A stretch of DNA of 24,000 nucleotides, from the NCBI GenBank assembly GCA_963728435.1, contig CAVSJX010000004.1:712180-736179 (forward strand), in the 5' to 3' direction. The notes beneath the pieces were generated by a model, which was not told where the DNA came from, made no database searches, and saw only the letters and a list, made by a program, of their open reading frames with translations. Origin of the DNA: an uncultured Phycisphaerales bacterium. GTDB taxonomy: Bacteria; Planctomycetota; Phycisphaerae; Tepidisphaerales; Tepidisphaeraceae. A program made the position numbers and the translations under genes. Shown piece after piece: positions 1-9,527 of the stretch (positions are counted from its first letter, which is position 1; every line of letters begins with the position of its first letter).

Positions 1-1605
<1,605 letters not shown>

Positions 1606-1789
1606 TTTTATCGACTGCCGTCGAACGTGATGACGTAAGTGCGTCATGACGCCGAAGACGGGCGATGAAAGCGAATCGAATCCATCCAAAAAGGTTCGAC
1701 GAATCGCAGTCGTGGGAATCCCACGCTTTGAATCTCAGTCATCACTTGAACAAGCAATCCGCCGGCTCGGAAACGATCCGGCGGGTCTT

Positions 1790-1899
1790 TGTCGGTGGCA
1801 ATATTGGCAGGGTCACACCCGTTCCCATTCCGAACACGGTCGTTAAGCCTGCCAAGCCGATGATACTGCTTCAGCGGGAAAGTAGGTCACTGCCGGCAT
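1790..1899 (+). rRNA. rrf: 5S ribosomal RNA
   Basis: TGTCGGTGGC...CCCGTTCCCATTCCGAACACGG...GCCGATGATACTG...GGGAAAGTAGGTCACTGCCGGCAT. It has the conserved CCGAAC loop-C region and the GTAGG motif, and helix I pairs 5' GTCGGTGG with 3' CACTGCCGGC (includes G-U pairs). It lies ~185 nt downstream of 23S, as in a normal rrn operon. Confidence 0.9.
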
Positions 1900-1906
1900 T
1901 AATCAC

Positions 1907-1942
1907 GAACCCCGAGGTCGAAAGATCTCGGGGTTCTTTTTT
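1907..1942 (+). terminator. Rho-independent terminator of the rRNA operon
   Basis: Perfect 10-bp stem GAACCCCGAG (1907-1916) / CTCGGGGTTC (1927-1936), 10-nt loop GTCGAAAGAT, followed directly by TTTTTT (1937-1942). Confidence 0.9.
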
Positions 1943-1996
1943 GTCGATTTCAATGTGGGAAGAAGCTCACTGCATCCGAAACTGATGCTGCTGCTC

Positions 1997-2731
1997 CTAG
2001 GCGCTGCCCAGGGCAGCGGCGGTGGATCCGCGGGGGATGATGCGGGTCTTGAGGCGCTCGGCGACGCTTGCCACTTCGCCACGAAGGCGCTGGATAAACC
2101 GTTCGCATCCCAGGCCGCCGACACTGTGCAGTGGCATGTGGATCGACGCGATCGACGGTGTTGTGTAGGCGGCTGGACCAGAGTCGCCGAGGGAGATCAA
2201 GGAAACCTCGTGCGGACATTCCAGGCCGCGGTGATGGATCTGGTGGAGAATGCCGATTGCCATCCGCTCGTCGGCGGCGATGATTGCGGTGATGTCGTCG
2301 CAGCGGTCGAACAGATCGGCTGCCGCCTCAGAGCCGCCGCTTTCGCTGCGCTCGGCCCGGGCAAGCAGCGAGCCGTGCGGCGCCCCGGCGTCGGTCATCG
2401 CCTGGCTGTAGCCACTGAGCATTTCAAACTCGCGATGATCCGATCCCGCCGGCCGGACAAGCGCGATCTGCCGATGCCCCAGCGCCGTCAGGTGTTTCAC
2501 CGCCTGGCTCATGGCGCCGGCGTAGTCGCAGGTCATGTGGTCGATTTTGCACCGCGTCGGGGCGCTATCGATCAGCATCAAAGGCAGATCGAGCATTTCG
2601 TGAGGGACGTCGGCCACAGTGCAGCCGACGCAGAGAATTCCCTCCACTTCGTCAGCGTCAAAGCTCGGGCGCGGCATCTGGCTTTCTGGGCTGAGCGATG
2701 CGCTCTGCTCGAGCAGCAGCCGGTAACCATA
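1997..2731 (-). pseudogene. LacI/PurR-family transcriptional regulator, C-terminal (effector-binding) fragment, separated from its N-terminus by an IS66 insertion
   Basis: ORF 1997..2764(-) encodes a periplasmic-binding-fold sugar-binding domain typical of LacI repressors (..HRQIALVRPAGSDHREFEMLSGY.., ..ITAIIAADERMAIGILHQIHHRGLECPHEVSLISLGD..). The first residues of the ORF are read-through from IS DNA. Genuine gene sequence resumes at the target duplication (..YG|YRLLLEQSASL..). Confidence 0.9.
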
Positions 2732-2757
2732 GTATTCGTTTCGCCAACCGCATCTAC
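2724..2757. repeat. Left IS66 boundary: 8-bp target-site duplication TAACCATA (2724-2731) plus left terminal inverted repeat (2732-~2757)
   Basis: TAACCATA occurs at 2724-2731 and again at 5240-5247. IRL is GTATTCGTTTCGCCAACCGCAT. The reverse complement of the right end is GTAACCGGTTCGCAAACCGCAT, matching 17 of the first 22 positions. Both ends start with GTA as in IS66-family ends. Confidence 0.9.
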
Positions 2758-2808
2758 CCGTCACCTTTTTGAATCGGCATCATGCGGCATCCTTTTGGGA
2801 GGTGTCGT

Positions 2809-3177
2809 ATGGAAGCAGCAGCAGTCAACGGTAAGGCCGAGGCGTGGCGGGAGCGGATCGCGAACCAGCGGGCCAGCGGGCTCTCGATTCGTGCCTGGTG
2901 CCGCCAGAACAATCAGCCGGAGCACGCCTTCTATTGGTGGCGCTCGCGGCTCGGGCTGGCGCCCCAGCCCAGGCGCCGTCGCTGGCGTTCGTCCAAGCCT
3001 GGCCCAGCCAATGGACCGGCGCTGGCCTTCGCCAAGGTCAACCTGATCGCTCCAGCCGATCCCGGCGCGCCGGGGCTGCGTCTTCGTCTGGGCCACGAGC
3101 GTGAACTGATCCTGCCGGCGACGTTGGCCATGTCGCGTGTGGCGGAGCTGATCGTCGCCCTGGAGCGGACGGCATGA
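2809..3177 (+). CDS. tnpA: IS66 accessory protein TnpA (Orf1, HTH-like)
   Basis: ORF 2782..3177. The preferred start is ATG 2809, preceded by GGGAGG (2798-2803). The sequence ..WRERIANQRASGLSIRAWCRQNNQPEHAFYWWRSRL.. matches the IS66 Orf1 pattern. The stop TGA (3175-3177) overlaps ATG 3174. Confidence 0.8.
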   Translation: MEAAAVNGKAEAWRERIANQRASGLSIRAWCRQNNQPEHAFYWWRSRLGLAPQPRRRRWRSSKPGPANGPALAFAKVNLIAPADPGAPGLRLRLGHERELILPATLAMSRVAELIVALERTA

Positions 3178-3499
3178 TCGGGTCCGCGGGCGCAAGCGCA
3201 TCTGGCTGGCCACGGCGGCGGTGGACGGGCGCAAGGGGTTCGACACCCTGTGCGCGATCGTCGCCTCGGCGTTGGGACAGGATCCGCTCTGCGGAGATTT
3301 GTTCGTTTTCCGGAACCGTTCGGGGGCGAGGGCAAAAATCATCTTCTGGGATCACAACGGTCTGGTTCTTTACACCAAGAGATTAGAGAAAGGGACCTTC
3401 CGCTGGCCGGAAGCGGGCGAGCGTTCCCTGGCCCTGACAGGGGCGCAGTTGATGGAGCTTCTGGCGGGACGGGAGGTGACGTTCACGGCGGCGGCGTGA
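3174..3499 (+). pseudogene. tnpB: IS66 TnpB (Orf2), frame-broken near its 5' end as assembled
   Basis: ORF 3221..3499 encodes ..VDGRKGFDTLCAIVASALGQDPLCGDLFVFRNRSGARAKIIFWDHNGLVLYTKRLEKGTFRWP.., the IS66 Orf2 signature. The same frame extends upstream as RIWLATAA. The canonical start MIGSAG (ATG 3174, ATGA overlap with tnpA) is in a different frame, which implies a 1-nt indel around 3190-3200. GTG 3221 could alternatively serve as a shortened start. Confidence 0.75.
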
Positions 3500-3553
3500 A
3501 AGAATAAATTACTTGCAACCTTCTGCTGGGGATGACGTGTCTTCTGTGTCGTC

Positions 3554-5214
3554 ATGGATGATGCGGCCCTGCTCGATCTTCCCGAAGATCCAACCACACT
3601 GCGAAGCATCATTCTCGCCGAACGTGCCGAGCACGCGGCCGCGCTTCGCCAGCGTGACGAGTCGATCCAGCTCCTCAATCAGGACAACCAGCTTCTTCGC
3701 CATCGCCTGGCCTGTCTGCTGAAAAGCAGCTACGGTCCGCGGGCCGAGCGTTTTGATCCCCGGCAACTCCTGCTGTTTGGCCTGCTGGTGCCGCCTCTCG
3801 AATCTCCAGCACCGGGGCCTGGGCGCCAAAAGGCTCCACTCTCCAGGCGTCATAACCACGGCCGGCAGAAGCTTCCGGCCCATCTGCCCCGCATCCCTGT
3901 CGAGCATGACCTGAGCGAGGAGGAGAAGACCTGCCCCTGCTGCGGAAACGAGCGTCAGCGCATCGGCTCCGAGCAACGCGAGCAACTGGAGCACCTGCCA
4001 TGCAACTTCGTGGTCCTGCGGCACATCCGCCACAAATACGCCTGCCCCCACTGCAACTGCGGAGAATGCTCCAAGTGCGATGGGAATGGGCAAATCGCCA
4101 TTGCGGCCAGGGCCGCCGAGGGGGTGGACAGGTGTCTGGCCGGACCGGGGCTGCTGGCTTATGTCGTGACCTCGAAAATGGCGGACCACCTTCCGCTCTA
4201 CCGCCTGGAACAGATCTTCTTGCGGCAGCAGGTGCCGATCAGTCGCTCGACCCTGTCGGGCTGGATCAACGCCGCGGCCAAGGTGGTCGAGCCGTTGTAC
4301 AAGCTGATGTGTGAGCGCGTGAAGCAAAGCGAGGTCCTGCACACCGACGACACGACGGTGCCCATCCAGCACGAAGGGCACTGCCGGCAGGGACGGCTCT
4401 GGACCTACATCGGCGATGCGCATCATCCTTATATTGGGTACCACTTCACGCCGACGCGATCGGCCAGCGGGCCGCTGCAATGGCTGGGAACCTGGAAAGG
4501 GTTCCTGCAGGCCGACGCCTATGCGGGGTACGACAAGTTGTATGGCGAAGGGCGCAAGCCGATGCGCGCGCCAGGCGAGGTGATTGAGGTGGCGTGCTGG
4601 GCGCACACCGGCGCAAGTTCTTCGACGCCCAGGAATCGGACCCGGCGCGGGCGTTGTGGATGCTGGAGATGATCCGCCGGCTGTATGCGGTGGAGGTAGA
4701 GGCCCAAGACCGCCCGCCGCCAGATCTCCTTTATCTGCGGCAATCGCAATCCGTGCCGATCCTGGAGCAAATCCGCTTGTGGCTCATCGAGCAACAGGCA
4801 CAAGTCCTGCCGAGAAGTCCCATCGCCGGCGCCATCGGCTACGCGTTAAACCAATGGCCGGCACTGGTGATCTACACGACCGATCCGCGATTGAGCCCGG
4901 ACAACAACGAGGCCGAGCGTGCCCTGCGGCGGGTCGCGGTGGGAAGGAAGAATTGGATGTTTGCCGGGCATGATGAGTCGGCCCAGGGGCAGGCGGTGCT
5001 GTGGTCCTTGATCGCCAGTGCCCAGCGGCACGAGTTGGACGTGCCGTTGTACCTGCGGAGTGTGCTGGCACATCTGCCGGTCACCCCGGCCGAAGAATTG
5101 CAAAACTATTTGCCAAACGTCTGGAAGCGCGAGTTGATGGTCGAGCAGCAGGCAGCGTTGAAGGCGTATCAGGCAAAGCTCACGGCCACACGCGATCTTC
5201 CGACACCGCCGTGA
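3554..5214 (+). pseudogene. tnpC: IS66-family DDE transposase TnpC, one frameshift as assembled
   Basis: ORFs 3554..4672 and 4594..5214 together give a full IS66 transposase: zinc-ribbon CPCCG..CPHC, HTDDTTVP, LQADAYAGYD, CWAHT|RRKFFDA, DNNEAERALR. The frame break is at the CC run ~4608-4609 (cac acc ggc read instead of cac acc cgg cgc aag). Confidence 0.9.
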
Positions 5215-5247
5215 ACCATGCGGTTTGCGAACCGGTTACTAACCATA
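5214..5247. repeat. Right IS66 boundary: right terminal inverted repeat (~5214-5239) plus 8-bp target-site duplication TAACCATA (5240-5247)
   Basis: The sequence ..AACCATGCGGTTTGCGAACCGGTTAC ends at 5239 and is followed by TAACCATA, identical to 2724-2731. The tnpC stop codon (5212-5214) abuts the IR. Confidence 0.9.
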
Positions 5248-5606
5248 CGCCTGTGCCGCCTCGCGGACGCCGTTGAGCAGCTCGCCGATGTACAAATCCG
5301 CCAGCCCGTGTGGCGAATTGGGTACGATCGCCGCAAGCGTGCGCGACTTGAGCCGCGCAGGGCACGGGCAGCGCGGTTGGGCCGGTAGCCAAGGCGCTCC
5401 GCGACGACGCGTACTCGTGCGGTGGTCTCGCAGCTGATGCGTGGATTGTCATTCATCACCATTGAGACGGTCGCGACCGAGACGCCCGCCAACTCCGCCA
5501 CATCATGAATGCGGACGGCTCGCTGGCGGGATTGCGGCGTTGCGGCTTCTCGAGCGTTAGATTCAGCGGAAAGCCTTTCGGTGGGGGAGTGTTTTGTGCG
5601 GATCAT
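5240..5606 (-). pseudogene. LacI/PurR-family transcriptional regulator, N-terminal (HTH) fragment; also carries a 1-nt frameshift
   Basis: ORF 5169..5606(-) encodes the LacI HTH: VRIHDVAELAGVSVATVSMVMNDNPRISCETTARVRVVAERLGYRPNRAARALRG. After ALRG the protein-like continuation (LKSRTLAAIVPNSPHGLADLYIGELLNGVREAAQAYG) lies in another frame, with an indel ~5349-5356. That frame runs into the target duplication at 5240-5247 and continues at 2731 as YRLLLEQ. Confidence 0.9.
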
Positions 5607-5617
5607 GGGAGTCCCGA

Positions 5618-5634
5618 GTAAACGTAGCGATTAC
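5618..5634. promoter_or_regulatory. Candidate LacI-type operator (imperfect palindrome) just upstream of the lacI-family start codon
   Basis: GTAAACG-TAG-CGATTAC: the half-sites are reverse complements at 6 of 7 positions and have the CG-containing core typical of LacI/GalR operators. It lies 12 nt upstream of ATG 5606 on the minus strand. The family pattern was recalled from memory and not scored. Confidence 0.3.
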
Positions 5635-6155
5635 AAACAGTCTGGAAGTGGGCGGTCGGAAATGGCCCCGAAGACGGGAACGCTCTCGCGGCCACATTAA
5701 GATCAGATCAAGAACGCGCAGTGATAGCGTCACTGCCACGTGATGGTCATGCCCCTGCCGCGGCAAACGGTGAATCGCCAACGGGCGCCGCTTCGGGGCG
5801 AATGCTGCCGGGAGAGAATCGTTTGAAGGGGGGTAACTGACTCAGTGCGGATCATGATGAACGACTCACAGAATTTCCGAGAATTAGCTGACGCAAACGA
5901 AATGCCAGCGCACTAGCGACCTAGTTTCGCCTGATTTCGACCGAGATCTGCCGCGGAACTGAGCAAACCGTGATCAGGTTGCGTAGATTCTTCGCCACAT
6001 TCCGGTGCCACGCGCGATCGGAAACGAGACTGCAGTCGAACCATGGGACTCAAATTATTTGTCGCCGATAGTAACGACGGTGGCCGGGTGGTCGTCCTTA
6101 ACGCGAGACCCGGAGGTGGTCGTTTGTTGTAGGCCGGCAGGGCAAAGGAGGCAGC

Positions 6156-6674
6156 GTGGCCGTTCGTATCAGCCGAGGATGGATCGTGATTGGCGCGGCC
6201 CTGCTCTCGACGATGGTTGCCAGGGGGGGCGTCGTCGATTGTCGTGCTTCAAATGCTTTAGGCAGTCCCGCAAAGCGCGCCATCCTACCTGCGAATGAGA
6301 GTAACACTGGACGGCCCCAGTTCGCGGCCGGCCAGACAGAGTTGGCGGAGCTGCCCATTACCCCTTTGACGCAACAGGACTTAGCCATATATGAACATGC
6401 ACCGAGCGAACCGCTTGGACTCTCCGTACCCGCATCGGATTCCGAGCCCCCTGTCGCAGAGAATTCCTGGCCGTCTTTCGTTGATGAATTGCCCGCCGGG
6501 CGTAATGTCCCTGACGCGACCTCTCAGCTGACGCAGGAGTCGGCTTTCTCAGACGGTTCGCCGGCAACGCAGGTGATCCCGCTCCCGCCGGCGTTGCCTG
6601 CCGGTTTGGGAACAATTGTCAGTATCCTCGCCGGTCGATGGATTTTGAAACGACACCCGCATTTTATCAGTTGA
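6156..6674 (+). CDS. Secreted hypothetical protein with N-terminal signal peptide and C-terminal PEP-CTERM/VPLPA-like sorting signal
   Basis: GTG start preceded by AAGGAGG (6143-6149). The N-terminus MAVRISRGWIVIGAALLSTMVARG is signal-peptide-like, followed by a Pro/Ser/Glu-rich low-complexity body. The C-terminus VIPLPPALPAGLGTIVSILAGRWILKRH has a Pro motif, a hydrophobic helix and a basic tail. Confidence 0.65.
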   Translation: MAVRISRGWIVIGAALLSTMVARGGVVDCRASNALGSPAKRAILPANESNTGRPQFAAGQTELAELPITPLTQQDLAIYEHAPSEPLGLSVPASDSEPPVAENSWPSFVDELPAGRNVPDATSQLTQESAFSDGSPATQVIPLPPALPAGLGTIVSILAGRWILKRHPHFIS

Positions 6675-6749
6675 ATCACGATATATGCAGCCGGCCGCAC
6701 CCATTGCCCGGTCCTACAAATCAAGCTCCCGCAGCCCTACGATCCCGGT

Positions 6750-7919
6750 GTGAGCGACGCAGCGTCGATCTTCCATCATCACCTGCACTTCGACGCTGCT
6801 GGCGACTTCGATGCCTTCCTCAAGCTTGCACCGGCGAAATGGTCGGTTTACCTGATGGCTGATGAGCACGACCAGCCGGTGCAGCTCCTGTGCGTCAAGA
6901 ATCTCCGCGCCAGCCTCAAACGCCGCCTCGGCGGCACTGAGATGATCGGTCCCACACGCAAAGTGAATTACCAGGAAATCGTCCACAAGATTCACTGGTG
7001 CCGTGTCGATTCCAGCTTCGAGGCCGACTTCATCTACCTCGAAGCCGCCCGCCACATATTCCCCGAGTCCTATCGCGGCATGGTCGGCTTTCGCCCCGCG
7101 TGGTTCGTGCATGTCAATCCGCAAACGAGCTACCCGCGCTATGTGAAAACTCAGAACCTGACGACTCCGACCGGTAGGTACTTCGGCCCGCTCGAAGACA
7201 AGCACTCCGCACAGAAGCTCGTGCACCTGATGGAAAACGTCTTTGACCTGTGTCGGGACTACTCAATCCTCATCCAGTCGCCTAATGCCGGACCCTGCCC
7301 GTGGAAGCAGATGGACAAGTGCATCGGCCCCTGCGATGGCACCATTTCGCTCCACGAGTACGCCCAGATTGTCGGCTTCAGCGCGCAAGTCCTTGCCGAT
7401 CCGCAGGCACATATCGAAATCGAGACGCAGCGCATGAATGAAGCCGCGGCCGATCTGCGCTTTGAGATCGCACAGAAGATCAAGTCGCAAATCGACCAGC
7501 TATCGCAACTGGGCAAAGGTCCGTTTCGCCACCTGCGGTCATTGGAGAGATTTGCTTTCCTCTCGCTCCAGCGCGGCCCATATGCGGGAACCGCCAAGCT
7601 GTTTCTAATCACCCAAGGTGAGGTCGAGGAGGTCGGCGGTTTGATCGCCGATCCAAAGCGAACCAATGACCTGCTCCGCTGGATCCTCGCTCGTTCCAGG
7701 CAGCGTCGCGATAGGTCTTTGGACGCTATCGGCACGGAACGCATCGGCGTTGTGGCCCACCACCTGTTCGTGGCCCGCAACCGCCAGGGCGTTTTTCTCG
7801 ATCTGGACGAACTCGAAGAGCGGAATCTTGCCACGGCTTATCGCGATTTGCTCAACCAGAAAGTTGTTCCCGAAAACGACCAAGCCGAAGGCGTGACCCG
7901 CGAGCTTCAGGCGATGTAG
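6750..7919 (+). CDS. UvrC N-terminal-half paralogue (degenerate GIY-YIG-like region + Cys-rich region + UVR motif), lacking the UvrC C-terminal endonuclease/HhH half
   Basis: 389-aa ORF with a GTG start. Collinear with UvrC/Cho: WSVYLMADEHDQPVQLLCVKNLRASLKRRL (GIY..YIG..NLRxR region, second Tyr not conserved); FEADFIYLEAARHIFPESY (EALxLE..P.YN region, Asn not conserved); RYFGPLEDKHSAQKLVHLMENVFDLC...GPCPWKQMDKCIGPCDGTISLHEYAQIV (FGP..C..RPC..C.gPC.G.is.eeY); MNEAAADLRFEIAQKIKSQIDQL (UVR motif). The comparison is from memory of the family pattern. Confidence 0.6.
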   Translation: MSDAASIFHHHLHFDAAGDFDAFLKLAPAKWSVYLMADEHDQPVQLLCVKNLRASLKRRLGGTEMIGPTRKVNYQEIVHKIHWCRVDSSFEADFIYLEAARHIFPESYRGMVGFRPAWFVHVNPQTSYPRYVKTQNLTTPTGRYFGPLEDKHSAQKLVHLMENVFDLCRDYSILIQSPNAGPCPWKQMDKCIGPCDGTISLHEYAQIVGFSAQVLADPQAHIEIETQRMNEAAADLRFEIAQKIKSQIDQLSQLGKGPFRHLRSLERFAFLSLQRGPYAGTAKLFLITQGEVEEVGGLIADPKRTNDLLRWILARSRQRRDRSLDAIGTERIGVVAHHLFVARNRQGVFLDLDELEERNLATAYRDLLNQKVVPENDQAEGVTRELQAM

Positions 7920-8026
7920 CGCCACAATTGCCGGTCTAAGGATCGGGTTTGTTAATCATCATGCCAGTCAGCCGTTGCTGCCGATAAACCCTGTGTGTCC
8001 GGCCCGAGCGGGTGCGGGTTCTTTGC

Positions 8027-8290
8027 ATGAAACAGGTCGGCCGTCATTGTCCGTTTCTCAACCGTGCCGACTCGCGTTGCGCCGCGCATTTCAAGCTCGA
8101 CGGGCTGCGACAGGCGTACGGTATTTGTTTTGACCGCTACAAGACCTGTCCTGTTTACCTGGAGCTCTTGATCGAGCGCCGCGCACGGCGATCTGATGCT
8201 GCCGAAAGGCTCCGTGAAGACCCAAATGTCCCGATCGTCACGCTCACGGTCTCCGCTCAAAGGCGCGGCAGAACTGCCCGAGCTGCGTGA
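8027..8290 (+). CDS. Small 4-Cys hypothetical protein
   Basis: ORF 8012..8290; ATG 8027 gives MKQVGRHCPFLNRADSRCAAHFKLDGLRQAYGICFDRYKTCPVYLELL.. with four spaced Cys, possibly metal-binding. No family recognised. Its 3' end overlaps the 5' end of the xerD-like ORF. Confidence 0.4.
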   Translation: MKQVGRHCPFLNRADSRCAAHFKLDGLRQAYGICFDRYKTCPVYLELLIERRARRSDAAERLREDPNVPIVTLTVSAQRRGRTARAA

Positions 8291-9149
8291 CTTCCTACTG
8301 CACCTCGCATCGGAACGGGGACTCGCGGACAACACGCTCTTCGCTTATCGCCGCGATCTGGCTGACCTCGGCAACTACCTCCACAGACGCTCAAAGTCTC
8401 TCAAGCGCGCAACCGGTGAGGATCTGCGCCTACCTACAGCAACAGAGCCGCAGCGGCCAGTCCACACGCACCGTCGCGCGCCGCATTGCCGCCATGCGCG
8501 CGTTTCTTCGCTATCGCGCGGGTCTTGGCGAGGACGTCTCCGCCGTTTTGTCGCAACTGGAACGTCCCAAGCCCGAGCGATCGCTACCGAAGATCCTAGG
8601 TCGTGGACAAGTCGATCAGCTCATCGCGGCCCCCGACCCCAGGTCCTCACTTTTTGCTCGTGATGTCGCCATCCTCGAACTTCTCTATGCGAGCGGCCTG
8701 CGCGCTAGCGAGCTGTGCGACCTCAAGGCGCGCGATGTGAATCTCCAGGTCGGCTGTGTTCGTGTGCTCGGCAAGGGGATGAAGGAGCGCATTGTCCCCC
8801 TCGGACGTGCCGCCAGTGAAGCGATCTCGCGATATCTGGCTGAATGCCGGCCAAAACTCGACCGCCACGCCAGCGAACGCCTGTTTCTTTGCGCAGCGGC
8901 AAGTCCATGGAGCGGATCGGCCTCTGGATGCTCGTCGAGAAATATGGCCGAAAGAGCGGCCTCCTGAAAAGCATTTCGCCACACGTCTTGCGCCATTGCT
9001 TTGCCAGCCACCTGCTGGGCGGTGGCGCCGATCTGCGCGTCGTGCAGGAGCTCCTCGGCCACAGTGACATCAGCACCACGCAGATCTACACACACGTCGA
9101 TCAGTCGCGACTGAAGAAGATCCACAAGCAGTATCACCCGCGGGCGTGA
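8196..9149 (+). pseudogene. xerD: XerC/XerD-family tyrosine recombinase (XerD-like), two frameshifts as assembled
   Basis: Three overlapping ORFs (8196.., 8287.., 8844..9149) together give a complete XerD. N-terminal SAM-like domain: LRDFLLHLASERGLADNTLFAYRRDLADLGNYL. Middle: TVARRIAAMRAFLRY..RDVAILELLYASGLRASELCDLKARDV..VRVLGKGMKERIVPLG. C-terminus: [41 protein letters not shown] (catalytic R..H-x-x-R..H..Y). Frame breaks are at ~8429-8431 and ~8881-8892. The start is ATG 8196 or 8226. Confidence 0.85.
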
Positions 9150-9183
9150 ATTGTGCCGTGGTCGTGGGGGGGGCGTTTCCTGG

Positions 9184-9405
9184 TCAGACTGCCTGCGTGT
9201 CAGAAAGCGCCGGCATCTGCTGATTTTGCAGACACAATGCCATGAAGATATGTCGCAGCCGTTCGGTCGAGAGGGTGCCTAGGTACTCATCCGTGAAGTC
9301 AATCGGAAATCGCGCCTGATAAGCGTGGAATTGCCCCAGAAGGTTTTCGCGATCCAGCGTGGCAATCAGGTTCACTAGGTCTTCGATCTGACTGGACTGA
9401 AGCAC
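9184..9405 (-). CDS. Small hypothetical protein (~73 aa)
   Basis: This is the 3' part of ORF 9184..9654(-). GTG 9405 is preceded by GAGGAG with 8-nt spacing, and the product VLQSSQIEDLVNLIATLDRENLLGQFHAYQARFPIDFTDEYLGTLSTERLRHIFMALCL.. looks like a genuine protein. The longer Arg/Cys-rich N-terminal extension overlaps queA and looks spurious. No family recognised. Confidence 0.45.
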   Translation of the reverse strand: MLQSSQIEDLVNLIATLDRENLLGQFHAYQARFPIDFTDEYLGTLSTERLRHIFMALCLQNQQMPALSDTQAV

Positions 9406-9527
9406 GCTATAAACTCCTCGTACGCTCAGACCCGCAGCGCCGGATCTCGTTAGCGGTTCCTTTACAATATCGGGAACGCGTGCAAACCCCTTTAACCTTA
9501 CCTTGAGGTTGTATAAACAGAGCTTGC

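Larger units (their letters stand above)
2732..5239 (+). mobile_element. IS66-family insertion sequence (2,508 bp) inserted in a lacI-family gene
   Basis: Three-gene IS66 layout (tnpA, tnpB, DDE tnpC) with an ATGA tnpA/tnpB overlap, imperfect ~22-bp terminal IRs and flanking 8-bp direct repeats. Removing the element and one repeat copy restores a continuous LacI reading frame. Confidence 0.95.

Noticed and set aside
1955-3046. 363-aa plus-strand ORF
   Set aside because: It is antisense to the LacI effector domain and runs through the IS boundary. It is Arg/Gly/Ala-rich with no domain signature, the typical shadow ORF of GC-rich DNA.
3509-4606. 365-aa minus-strand ORF
   Set aside because: It is antisense to the IS66 transposase gene tnpC, whose plus-strand translation has clear family motifs.
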